The position numbers and the translations under genes were made by a program. From Psilocybe cubensis (lineage: Eukaryota), in assembly GCA_017499595.2 (NCBI GenBank), contig CM038998.1, positions 248,001 to 312,000 on the forward strand: a stretch of 64,000 nt of DNA, read 5' to 3'. Positions 1-12,918 of this stretch are shown in pieces. The notes beneath the pieces were generated by a model. That model was not told where the DNA came from. It made no database searches and saw nothing but the letters and a program-made list of their open reading frames with translations. The number at the start of each line of letters is the position of its first letter. Position 1 is the stretch's first letter.

Positions 1-978
1 GACATCAAATCCCAAAAGCTTCTGAATTTCCGGCATCTTGATTCGTTGGGATGTAAATTTGGGATCAAAGTAATGTGTCGGAAGGCCAAAAATACTGGCT
101 GCACAAGACATTCGAAGCATCGATAATGAAGTGGACCGACCAGCACTGAGTCCTTCCCTGAACTGTCAATGTAATTTGCAACCATTCAACAAAATATTAG
201 CATTCTATTGACAGCTTGTTTAATTTAAAATATCAATGACTTACCAATCGGAGAAATGTTTTACCCTTTGAGCTAGACGCCAACCGCATAATTGGATGAT
301 ACTTGGAGGGAATGTGCTCGTAAAGCTCTAGAGTTGCTCCAATAGCCTCATTAGCTGGCGATTTGTAACGCTCAATGCTGTCCAAGGCAAATGATGCAGT
401 AGGTAATGTTGGAGAAAACATGGCAGGTGTAACAAAGAGATTGTAAAAAAGTCCAAAATACCGCCCCCATTTTTTAACGTCCAGTGCCATATCTGTAACA
501 GCAGGGTCTACTTCGGATGAAATTGGGTCTACAACAGTGCCTGGAATACTTGCATTTTTAGCATTCTGCACACGCTTTGGTTGACGTGTGAGCTGGAGCT
601 TTAGATCTGCAACCTCCGCTTTAAGCTGTGAGTTTGCAGTCTGTAGAGACGAGTAGTCCTTTTGCAGTGTACAGTAGGCCTAGAATATGTCAAAATAATT
701 CATTTTCTGTTATAACATACAGAAATGCGAATGAACCACACCTTATAGAGCTGTGTCATGTCTAGAAATTGGGGAACAGCAAAAGATTCTGAAGGATTAT
801 TTGGTGGCAAGGAAGCGCTGGAAGAAGAGGTATCTAGTGAGAATAATGTTCCTGGATCTGCAGCAAGTCCTGGCATTGAATCCACAATAAGAGGAGGAGT
901 GCTAGTGCGTGATAGCATTGGGTTACTGCCAGATATACTTCTAGCAGAGCTTGGACCTTGGATACGACGACGGGCCAT
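1..978 (-). CDS. Plavaka accessory protein, 5' part (multi-exon, runs off window)
   Basis: ORFs 700-978 and 233-571 match 36630-36908 and 36956-37375 of copy 2; GT-AG introns. Confidence 0.7.
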
Positions 979-1696
979 TGCTTTAATGTAGGTAGATTAT
1001 GTCTACATAGACCTTTGGCTTGTTTTTTTATAAGAATCTCCCTTCTGCCTGCTTCCAAATTAACTAATAAACAATGTCTTCTATCTACTGATAACAAGGT
1101 AGATGTGAAAGTATTGTATTTTAGGCATCATTTTTCTTATAATTCATTGACATAGAATAGTCTGAGACTCATGCTGCTTGGAAGCGCATGCAATATGATT
1201 AGCAGATAAGCCTGTTGTAGCCACATGCCACTTTGATCAATGCACCCGGTTGATGGTAAAGGGATTCTCAATTTATTAATTCATCGCTAATGCACATGAA
1301 ATTACACTGATACCACATGAGCAACTATCTATTGAGACCTCCACCTGATATGTGAGTGCATTCTAACATGATGGAGTGCTATTCTATACTACAAATTAAT
1401 TGTATCTATGTTTAAGTCGTTGAATTTAGCCATGCCGCTCTCCAAACGCCTGTTACCATGTGCGATTGATTTGTTCTAAGTCAACTTTCTCACGGCTGTG
1501 AACTTTCTCACGATGTCGCATTCTTCTTTACTTGCATTTTAGGATGTGCCGATGTGTTACCGTTGGGCCGAAATTAAGTCTTTTAGTTTGATATGCCTAA
1601 GTATATATGAAAGCGCAGCAGTTCTTAAGAAAATACCTTTATTTTGGGTGACTGAGTACAAAGACAAGTACAATTAATAGCAAGGCTAACAGTATA

Positions 1697-4600
1697 TTAC
1701 ACATTTGCATGATTAATCAATTCTACATGACCTAAATCTGGATTTAAGCGCTCCCACATATCCTGATCAATGAGATCATTGACCAAAAATTCTAATCCAG
1801 TGACATCTGTGCTGTGATTTTTGGATAAAAGTGCACCCCAAATGATTGTATCAGCATGTATAAAAACAGCTGATGATCTTGGCCGAGACCGAACCCTGAT
1901 TAATCCCAAGTCTATGTCGCGTCGGCGAGCCAATAAGGATCGGGGAACGTCCATAGGCAAGGCTAGTGCCATATAATATGTTTGATTATGTAGCTCAATA
2001 CCAAATAGATACAAAAGCTGCACAAAAATGCATTGCTTTTGATCAACCTTGATAAGAGCAAAATCATATCGTTCTTTATGATGGAATTTAGGATTGGTTC
2101 GGAGTATATTGCTTTCTACCCGCCAGTCAATGAGTGATTCATAGAATACCTCAATAGACTGATAGGGTGTGATCTGAATATTGAGAAATTTGATGTTAGT
2201 TCAATGCTTCAAATTGCATGCAGAAGTCTAAGTCTGATAAAGGTTAATCACTTACTGGATGATCTGTACTCAACAAAACTCTACTTCCAACAGTTTGTGA
2301 GAGTGATTGACCCAGCCTTCGTCGGAATAAATTAAATGCAGCATCTTGTGAGTGGATAGTTTCCAGCTCAAGTTCAGATAATGTAATGGAAGGGAGCTTT
2401 GATCCAAGATGTATATGGTCATTCCCAGGCTTAGATTTTGCTGGCAGGTCTAGGCCGTCTCGTTCTTCTGCATCTTCTGTATTTTTCTCCATAGAAACAT
2501 CGAGTAAGTCTATTCCCTCACGTACAATATTTGACACAAGATCCATTTTGTTAACTTGGAGAATCTGATGAGTTAAAAAGATGTAGTGATTCAGTTATGT
2601 ATCAGATACTGCTCACATAACATAATGTAATTCATGGCTTACTTGTGGTGCTACATTCTTGAAATTGGTATGGTTCTGATAAAACTTTTTCAATGGTCCA
2701 TTTGCCTTCTCATATGGCTTTGTATTATAGTTGCGAGTTACACCTTTATTAAGAATGTCATCAAATATATGCTGGTGCGTGTGTGCCTTGGGAAAATTCC
2801 AAGACTTCTCCGGACTTTCAGATGCATACAACTATTTTGTTAAAATTTGTGACAAAGTAAGCCACAACCCAATATTTATAAAAGAAGCACACCTGAAGAG
2901 TTTTGCTGAATATTTCAAGATATTTCCGGCCATTACTGATTGATGTTTCCGTTTGCAGAGTTAGTGAAGCAAACATTCGAAGGTTTAGGTAGCTCCGAAT
3001 TAGCCGTAGTAGTAAATATCCACGTGGAGAAGCTTCAGCAGTCAACACATGTTGAGCAGCAAAAATGATAACCTTGGATAGGTGTTCAAACTTTCGTCCA
3101 TCAGACATTTCTCCGGTTTTGTTTAGTGCATCAAAGTGGTTGAGTGAAGGCCATGGGGGGATACTTTGCAGACCAAGATCTACACCAACCTCAGCATCCC
3201 TACCTAGATCCCTGAGCACAGCTTTCAGCTCCACCAACATATGTGATTTGAATAGTCCCCCATCATAAGCATGTAGCACATCAAAGGAGAGTGCTTTGTA
3301 TATATCGGTTCGGCTTATATCCCAGAACACATTCTAAAAACATGAAATATAATTTCAGCACCAGAGTAAACAATCACCCTGCTAATGGGCGCTTATTTGA
3401 AATATACCATAACATCCGTAATCCCATACGATTTAAGCAGCTCTTCGCTCTCTGTTGCATTTAAACTCTGGGAACGAATGTAAATTTGACGCATTTGAGA
3501 GGTTGTGCGTCGAGGATACACAGTTGAAATGTTGGAGAGCTTGGAATTTGGAACTAAACAAATTGGGCAAGGAAACAGTCCTGTTCGACCTCGTGTCAAT
3601 GCCATCATTGTCCTGTCAATAAAAACAAAAGTTAGTTATGCTATAGAACTCTACTTTAATAACATAGCTTACTGTTCTTCGTAGTCAGCAGATATTGAGA
3701 GAATATGAGGGAAAATATTTCGAATTTTTCCATCTCCGCATTTGATTGCAGCTCCAAAGGTTGCTGGCGCTTCAATTGATTGTAGAATTTTGTGTACGGC
3801 CTTGTGCCAAATTAACCGTTTGAGGTCAACGTAGCTGGCTTTGTGAGTATGGGCTGAATCCTCGTCTGGCTAATATAATGAGAGAAATTCAAATATTATT
3901 AGCAAAGGTATGGGCTATTTGAGAGATATTGAATCTTTAATAAAATAGAGACATACAATGGGTAACCAGCCAATGAGTCGACCTCCTCCAACTCCAGTTC
4001 CATTCCGAATATCAACAGGAAGGTTTGCACATCTTACCATGACAGGATAGCCTTTGACTGTTCCGAAGGATGATAATTGGGATTTATCTGCCCAAGGATT
4101 GATGAACATCAAACTAGCGTCATTTGGAATATCTGGCCGTGACTTTAACATATTAAACATTTTGTGAGTACATAGACTTGATTCTCAATGAAGTATTAAA
4201 ATTGTGATACCTGGATGTCCCACCAAGTGTTTGCAGTCCATGGCTCATCAATTATGCGCTCAAACCTCTCTCCTTTATACATAAACAACTGTTCTGCATT
4301 CCAGTGAAACCTTTGGACAAGTGCTGGATCCAGAAGAAGTTCACGGCACCATTCCCATAGGGGACGGTACCACACATTGTAGGTAAGGCTTTCACCCTTG
4401 TAATCGACCGAAATGGGAGTCTTGATAAACTAATCCAGTTGCCAACAGCTATCTGGTGAATAATAAATTGTTAAATCAAGTTGTAGTGCGCACGTACTCC
4501 CTGTGCACGGGTTTCCCGTGCAAAAGTCCATATTTGAGTTAAATTGGCATCAGTTTTCAGAGTGAATTCATTCGGTGATGCGATGGCTTGATGAATTAGG

Positions 4601-5319
4601 GCAATAAGTACCTCTAACTGATCATGACTCAGATGGGCGCTGAGAAATATCTCCGCAAACTCGAAGTCAAGACGTGTACGGAATGGGCGCCAAGGCCTCT
4701 GGTCCACATTGACAGATTTTAACGGTGAATCGCCTTCGCTGTCAAGCTCGCAGTATTCGTCAAAAGTATAATTTGCATCCGGAATTTGGGAGCTTGGGTG
4801 ATACTTAATGTGTATGTCTTGAAATTGGGGCGTGGTACTTCGAGCTTGCTCAAAATGGACATCTGATTCGGAATCCTCTTGCATTTCTAAATTACAACAT
4901 CATGAGTAGCTTTTTATCTGTTTTTCTATCAATTAAATGGTGCTTACCTTCGGAGAATATATTTGGAAAGTTTGGTACTTCTGGTAATATACTGGCCTCA
5001 TGATAATTGTTTGGATGTTGTTGTTGAGCAATTCGGATTGCATTGTCAACTATTAGAAATACAAGCATTAGAAATATGTATGCACAGAAGTAGGTACCAT
5101 CTTTCCATTTCTGCCCTCTTGCTCAGCAAGAGCAACAAATTCTGTGTCAATTTCCGGTGTGTGATGGTTTGAATTGGCTGGATTGAGTACGCATCGTCGT
5201 TCATGAGCTCCAATTCCACGAGGAAGGTACATGTTTGTGCACCAGGTGCACTCAACACGACCCGGATCTGCATGAGACGTCATGTACCCTTTTGACTGAG
5301 CTGTTTTACGAGGAGGCAT
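1697..5319 (-). CDS. Plavaka transposase (multi-exon, apparently intact)
   Basis: Motifs PWRPFRTRLDFEFAE, RPLWEW, DEPWTANTWWDIQ, WADKSQLSSFGTVKGYPV..ANLP..IRNG.G.GGG, SADYEE, CPICLVP, FDVLHAYDGG, WNFPKAH, NTKPYEK; ATG at 5319; sense codons at the positions that are stops in copy 2. Confidence 0.85.
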
Positions 5320-6028
5320 ATTTGGTGAGAGGCTTGTAAGAGAGAAGATAAGGGCGCTATTTGTTCATTTAAGAAAGCACAACTTCCACTGTAATTTATA
5401 CTTTTCTATGTCTTAAGAAATCAAGTAATATTAAGCTAGAAGAGTTCTATACCTTTTCTAGAAGTTTACATATCTACTTTCTTGTGGAACTAAGTGTCCT
5501 AAGCATGCTAAACTTGGTAAATGACAAAAAATCGAAGCCATTAAAGGCATTTAAAGTGTTCTATTGTCTCTTTTATTTGTGTTTAGTATCACGATATACA
5601 GTCTAATCATACAACTTAGTGCACAGATTGCCCGTAGAAGCATAATGTGTGGTGCTATCAGTGTTTTTGGTATGCTTAAACAACTCCAAAGCCTCTATCA
5701 ATTGTTTCCTCACGTCGTCTATGACAAGTCTGAATCCCTAGTGTACGTTATCTTATCTTAAGGTCATTTATAATATCACACTGCCCTTAGCATTAACAGG
5801 AGGCGGTCTCGCTTATCATACCACGTTGTGCATTTTAGCCCATTAACAATGATCTGATCAGTAAAATCGGGGCAATGATCAGACTAACGCCTGAAAAGGC
5901 GATCTAGAGGTTACCGACACACGTTGACGAAGCATGCTGCGTGTGTCAGCTGAAAAAATATGTGGAACTTCCTTCACTTCAGAATATTTATAGACTCTAT
6001 GAACAAAGAAAAGAAGTGGGCCTGTGAT

Positions 6029-6147
6029 AGTCTTCTATGATCAAGACAAAGTACGTCAATCACACGCGTAAGTTAAGTCTTCTATGATCAAGACAAAGGA
6101 TGTCAAAGTCTTCTCTGATCAGGACAAAGGATGTCAATCACACCGTG
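6029..6147 (+). repeat. Three imperfect tandem copies of AGTCTTCTATGATCAAGACAAAGGATGTCAA
   Basis: Copies start near 6029, 6076 and 6107; possibly subterminal repeats of the CACTA-like element. Confidence 0.8.
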
Positions 6148-6866
6148 TGACTGGCAACTGCCCTTCTAGAACTGTCAAAGCGTTTCAGCCATTCATACGT
6201 CGATTATACACCAGCCGATACGAAGGTGAGAGTGACGTTTTGTGGCTCTGTCAAAGAAAGTGGCACTGTAGTACTATTAATAAATACAAGCAGAATGTGT
6301 GGACCTCATTGGCTTCGACTCATTCGTTAGACAAAGAAAGTCCACCAGTGTGTGTCAAGCACATTGCGGTCCGCTGTATGAAATTTCAGAGGCTTGATTA
6401 AGATGTGCGGCATGAATCATCAAGATAAACAGATAATTCTAAACGTTCTCTGTCAGCTGATACCTAGATTTGGAAGATACAATTCGCTTTTCAGAGTAAA
6501 ATTTTACCATCCGATTTGAAGGTACGTTTCCCGAAACAGGATACTCTGACTTGATTAACTTTTGGTGTGAAGAAAAAAATGGCTTGAGCCATTAATTTTA
6601 CATTTTTGTGTCATTGGATCCCAAATCAATGTGAAAAGAGCGTCGTATGTATTATACCGCCACCTCATGTACCCATATCTCTCTCCTAGAAGACGGGGAG
6701 TTCATGGTCAAAGAAATGTGTCTCAACATGAGGCAGATTGAAGAGAATTGCTCATTGAATTGCCCGATGGTAAGCCCATCGTTGGAAGATATAAAAGACG
6801 TCTGGTTTGTCAATTATGTTTTCCCTCAGTGCTCAGTATCTAGTGCTTGGACCAGCACAAGTCAAG

Positions 6867-8776
6867 ATGTCCTTCAGAAGTTTCTACACCAGCGACAACG
6901 CACACCTTACATCCCCCACGGCCAGTTACCGCGAGCGTACGTGATTTTGAACCCATGACATGTTTAATTTGATCTCTGACATTAAACACGGTATCAGCCT
7001 TGTCCGATAGCTCGTTCACGTCGTTCCCTCCATCGATTTCGTCTTCAAATTGCAGTGAGGACAGCTTTCAAACGGCATATCAAGGCACCTTTTCCCCCCA
7101 GTTGGAGGATACCTTTGTTAATCATTTCGGGTTTTACGACGAGGTTGATTCTGACGAGAACACCTTTGCAACTCCTTCGGTGTCATCCGATGGCTCATTC
7201 AAAGCTGCAGACCCGGGGCATGGCATGGTGACTATGGTAAGGCTGAATTGTAGTGATTAATATCATATACTAATATTCTTTCAAACACACCAGGACTTGA
7301 ATGTTGGCAACACCAGTGAAGAAGCGCATATTGGCAACACTGGTGAAGACGCACATGTTCGTATAGTGATTTGTATAGTCAATATTTGACATTTTAACTC
7401 TCTTAAAATAGATGGATCAAACCCTTGATGTATCCGAGACTGATGACGATTCTGACGACGAGTACATGCCCTCTAATGACGAGCATGAGATGGTATGTAG
7501 TATGCAAAACAACTTTTCCGCTACTTACTAATTGTGATATCATTTTCAGATGATGACTGACGCCACAAATGTGCGCCTTACACGCTTGGAGGCAAATATT
7601 GGTGCCATTCTGGCTGCCATAAAGTCTCTGACAGCACAGGTTGAGGCGCAAAACAATGCCGCTACTCGAGTTAATCAAGAAGCCCCATGCTCACGTCGGG
7701 AAAGGCCATCAGACCCGCCCAGTGGACCCCGACGACGTTCTTCTGACCACATCGCACTTATGGTGAGTATTTTTCCCCAAATTTGCAATATTCAACATTA
7801 AAAGGAAATACAGCGCCGTATCCGTGCAGAACTTACTCGGCTTCTGGGTAACGATTTCATGGAAATGCAAAACTTACCCAGTAAAGACGAACTTGACGCG
7901 TTTGCATCCATGTGGAACTCCTCTATTGAGGAGGTCCGTCCACTATGCTGTGATATCTCTGCCTTCAGGATTGACTTGACTGGCTCTCCAAAGAGTCCCT
8001 GGAACCAGTCCGCCTCAAGGGTCTTTGCTAAGCATTTTATCAACTCAACATCGATGGGGTACAGTTACTTTCCCCTTGTCCAGAATTTCTTCTTCCGGCA
8101 TATGAAGTCACTCCAGGCAGCATTTCGTAGAAAGAACGCCGATGATGCTGATAGAAGAACCGAGACTACTGCCAAGCGCCGCTGGCAGAGGAAGCAGAAC
8201 GTGTGTGACTTAAACCCTTTCCCCAGAGACTTCTACTAACACTGCTGAATCTTGTAGCTTTACCATAAGCGCTTGGGCATTGCACAAGAGCATCCACTCC
8301 TCCAGCCCCATGTCGCTATGCTTCAGCGTTTGGGAATTGGTGGCATGAGTAGTGACGAAAGCGATTATGAGGATGAAGTTGAACACGGTGCTGTACCCAG
8401 CAGCGGCCCGGCTCCGAGGTATATCGTACATCAGCCTGCCTGGCGTGCTGCTTCCCTTTCGTTTTGGTTGCAAACCATCGACTCTGTTCAGATCATTCTT
8501 CGAAAGATCACTGGAAGGCACCGGGGTGCATTCCCTCGTCTTCGCGTCGCCTCGGAGATTGAGAGCTCTAGCAGAAGTTTTGTCCCGGACCTCCCCATCA
8601 ATGCGTACAACCCTGTTTGGTTGGCCTCACGTCCGTTTTTCCAATTCGAGGTTCGTCCAACAGATGAGACCTATAGCTTCAATCACGATAACCGTTTATT
8701 TACGTGAGTCCACTTTTACTGTTGGCACACTCACACTGCTAAACGAGTCATTGTCTACAGGTATTTCTCCATTTAA
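6867..8776 (+). CDS. Accessory protein of the CACTA-like element (multi-exon)
   Basis: First exon (ATG 6867) splices in frame to ORF 7000; last exon ends TAA 8774-8776; motifs FRIDL..SPWN, GMSSDESD, PAWR..WLQTID and LPINAY..WL, which I recall from ORFs next to basidiomycete Tnp2 transposases. Confidence 0.65.
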
Positions 8777-9524
8777 CTTTGTAGCTGCTGAATCCAATGG
8801 CAGTCACGTTGTCCATTCCTACCATAGAGGTCCCGAAAGAGGGATGGAGCGTAATATGTGTATTCTAGTACACACTCTCGTTACCTATTTCAGTTACAAT
8901 GTACATTTTTTGACAATTTAACAAATTGACTTGCGCCCACTTTATGTGTTATTAAAGTCTGCATTTCGTGAATGCAATTACATGCGACAAGGACCAGTAC
9001 TCTAACTTGTAATCACTTTTTCCGACTCACCTTCAATAATTATAGAGACGGTCGTGACGTGACTTAGGGACCGGTTGGATGTGAGAGCGTGTGAAGACAT
9101 ATAAGTCTGAAAAATCAGTTCTAATTAAGTTTTTCTGGGACCGTTGTACATGTATGACTACTATGGTATCAGAAATTAACATGCCAGTGAGGCATAAACA
9201 CATTCCATAAATCCATCTTTGACGCGCCTCGTTCAGCCTGCTCGTCAAGGGTGTGATCCGCGTGTTCGGCCTTTCGGCAAAACCTCGTGACCGTCTGCCA
9301 AATTTGGCAGGCGGTCACGAAAAATTGTTGACCGCACCTGTGAGAATGCCAGGCACTGTCCGCCACCTTTTGCCTTTACCACCACCTCAACTTTTTTGCC
9401 ACCATCCCCCTCCTCGTTACCGACGCTGACCCACGCGACACAAGGAGAGGAAGGGTACGAGTATGGTAATGACAACACGGGTAGGGTTTAGGTACGTACT
9501 CCCCCTCATTTGTTCTTGCAGCAC

Positions 9525-9770
9525 GCCTGTCAACAACATCGCCCACGCCACCCACTTGCTCGTCAACGCCGCCCACGTCCCACACATGTTAATGACCCAC
9601 ACTGCTGTCAACGCCGCCTACACCTCACCCACCCGCTCGCTTGTCAACGCCGCTTACACCTTCACCCACCCAGTTATCAATGATGGCCATCATGCATCCA
9701 ACCACTCGCTCGTCAATGTCCCTCCGCTCACACCTGACACCCACCCCCTCGTCAACGCCGCCGTACCTCG
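9525..9770 (+). repeat. Degenerate tandem repeat with core GTCAACGCCGCC (~7 copies)
   Basis: Cores near 9529, 9562, 9607, 9643, 9675, 9711 and 9750; reads as LVNAA repeats in ORF 9463-9861. Confidence 0.7.
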
Positions 9771-10151
9771 CACCATCCACACCTTCCGCACCGCACCCAT
9801 CCCGCGCCTCCGTCCAGTCCATCACCCCCCCCCCCCCCAATGGTCATACCACCGCCCTTGACGACCGCGTGCGAGTGTCCCACATCCGCCGCACGTCCCT
9901 CCACCAACCGTCGCCAACAAACGCATATCGATACAAACCTCCCCATCCACGTCGATTTGGCCATGGAGCCGGTTGGTAGAGACCCACAGACTGGTGTGTA
10001 GCGTGCAGTACAGTGGGTGCGGCGTGGAGCTGCCAATCAATGTGAGTTTTTACCGTTTATTTTATCGGTGACAATTCTCTCGAGAGACACACGATATACA
10101 TGTACAGCGTCGTAATGCATTAACTCAACCACTTGATCTCATCTACACCGA

Positions 10152-12803
10152 ATGCCTAGAAATTTTCGGGTACGGAAATACGCCAGCGCATCCGGTGTAG
10201 TTGAATCGCTCATCTCTCCCCTCCCAGTCCCCTCCCCATTATCTACAAAGACCACTGGCAACTACCCCGTGAGACGTAAAGCTGGTTTCATTTGTGTAAT
10301 AATTGAGTTGTTGAACTCGAATGCACATATGCAAACCACTCTCTCAGATTAACCACGCTGTTCAGTAGACGCAAATATACATGTCTCACGTAGATTGCCG
10401 TGGCTTAGCTAAAGTAGTATTGTAGGTATATGTACACCTTATGAGCCCCACCATGTCGCATTGCCCGCAACGAGTTCAATGAGGCACACGTGTGGGAAGA
10501 CAGAGTGCAAGGTGAATTTACACTTAAGCCCGGTAAGCCATTGTTGGATTTGTAGCACTGCGAGTATTTTTTAGTGCAAATTGAAATTGTATGCAGAATG
10601 GAGAAACACAGTTAATCCGAGGACTTCGCAAAGTCTCCCACAATCGATTGAACCACAAGGCCGATTGATCACGTCGAAGGTTTAGAACCTGGAGCCTGAG
10701 TAAATTTTACTGTTACCGAGGTCTGTGTCTTCGATGTGATTGAAATCAGTGTGCTTGATTGCTAGATCTTTCTTCGATCTTGAAATGGGCATTTGTTCGT
10801 TATCAGAAATTCTTAAGTATGATTGTTGCAAACACGATTCGGAGCCCTTTCTAATTTTCACAGTCGATACCATGGAGTCTGTAATTGAGGACTTTGACTC
10901 GTCCGATGCTTCAGATGACATCAAACAACTACCCAACCACAGCAGACGACCCTTTCCTCAGATTGAGAACTTTCCGGATATTGATGTTGGTATCGTTCAA
11001 CATGCATAATTTAAAGATTACACTCAATTTCCGCCTTTTTTTTACAGTTATTCACTCATGATTTCGGGGAGTTGAACGTGACAAGGTTTGCATTAAGCTC
11101 TATAACCTTTGTACTATACATTTACCTTCATTTAACAGTCCTGTGTATCACCCTCATGTGGACGAACACTCCTCCAGTAGACACCACCGTTATTCCGCCA
11201 TCGATAGGCAGCAACATGAACTCTCTGCAAATAATGAAGGGAATAGCGCCCAGCGGTTCCCGCAGAATATCCCGCATCAGACGCAGCAGAACTGGTCCCA
11301 CGACGTCGAACACGAGCTAAGGCGGATATCTGGATCGAGTGTACGACGTTTGGAAGCTCAAGATAGGTCTGAACACCGCCATAATGAGTCACTGAGCAGT
11401 GGACGCCGTGAAATGAGTCTCCCCTTTATGAAAGCACCCTATTGATTGGAACTAGAGGAGAAGAAAGCCCAGGTCCGTAGAGTGGTGGCATATTTTTTTA
11501 GATCCTCCACCGCTACTCCAGAAATTATTCAGCAGTTTGTGAGCGTCATGACTGGCACTAAGGACGACTATGGCGCTTTACTCGGGCATATGGATATCTT
11601 GGGCCCACTTACTAGCCATGGAGTCATTGGAGAGGTTTACAACCACCTGCACTTCATTGTTTTTGGGTACGAACGAGACGCCTACCCCCCGTACGTAACT
11701 ATATTGATACACCGACCATACTAAGTCTCTAACACAATGAATCATTTTACAGAACATCGCTCTCGTATACTCCGGTTAATGGCATCATCCAAGGCGAAAG
11801 GACTGAGAACGTAGTTGGACCATTCAACGACAACGACCCAGGATCAATTTCAGCGCCCAATAGTCCTAGAGACCATGTATCAAATCAAACATCCATAAGG
11901 GTGCCAATAGCTCGTGCAGCTTACGATCCTCCGCCCCCGTCCACTCCGTCACCACGGGATAACCCACCTACTACGTTAGTGGACCAGATCCCAAACAGAC
12001 CTCAGGAGCTCTCTGTATCCTCTACAGGAGAATATCCACGCTCTGCACGCCAAACATCCTCGAATTTTGGACAGAGGGATACTTTACTTATGCCCCAGCC
12101 TCTGCAAGCACCTATATTGCCTAGACAGTTTACCACACAGCAAGAACCCGCTGTTCATTCTAGCCCTCGTCGAGTCCCCTCTCCAGAAATGGGAGCGACA
12201 TCAACCTCATCTACTACCACTGCTGTGCCTGCATCTCTCCTTTCCCCTTTCTTGTCAACTACGCCAAGCACCTCAACTGCTTCCGCAAAAGCATACCTTG
12301 CAGCACTATCAGCTAAGGTTAATCGTAACGAATTTGAAAGTGTAGACGGTGGCACCATAGCGTACACTGTTACCATCTTGTGTTCTGAGGAGCCTCTGGC
12401 CGACCCTCCTATCGATGCCTTGGATGGACCACCTGAGCCAGGTGATCTGTTATTCAATCAGTACCCGAATAGTGCACAGTCACTTCGGAATGCTCAGGTC
12501 TGGATTTACCTTGACAGTGCCACTCCCCAAGACAAAGGCAATTGGCTCGATATTAAATCGCAGTATGGTACATTCTCTGGGCCGGGAATTTCCCACCCCA
12601 AAGCTCCGGATCGCTATCTTACTACGTATGCAGGAAAGGAAGGACGTCCACGTTGGATTAAGAAGAGTACGTGGGAATCTAATCAGCGAAAACATCTGGA
12701 AGAAGTTGATAGGATGCAGCGGATCTCCAAGGGCCGTGCAACAGCCACACCTACTCCCTCCGCAGCCCCATCTACAATTTCTAGAAGGTCAACTAGGGGC
12801 TGA
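10152..12803 (+). CDS. Hypothetical multi-exon accessory protein inside the CACTA-like element (5' structure uncertain)
   Basis: Chain of + strand ORFs with splice sites ending in the 300-aa ORF 11901-12803 (PGDLLFNQY..QVWIY..W..HP..RYL..PRWIK). Confidence 0.5.
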
Positions 12804-12918
12804 TGCAACGTTGGAATCCAATCTGGTAGCTAATTATAGTTAGCTTGTAAGGGCATGTAAATTACAACTCAAAGGGTCATGAATCAATTACTTTTCTTTC
12901 CACTTCTCCCTCAATAGT

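Larger units (their letters stand above)
1..5919 (-). mobile_element. Plavaka-type DNA transposon, copy 1 (partial; other end lies upstream of the window)
   Basis: Reverse complement of 31695-~37605 at high identity; homology stops at the terminus GGTTACCGACA (5909-5919); encodes a Plavaka transposase and an accessory ORF. Confidence 0.9.

Noticed and set aside
6264-6269. CACTGT as the left CACTA terminus
   Set aside because: The following bases do not match the reverse complement of the 17285 end
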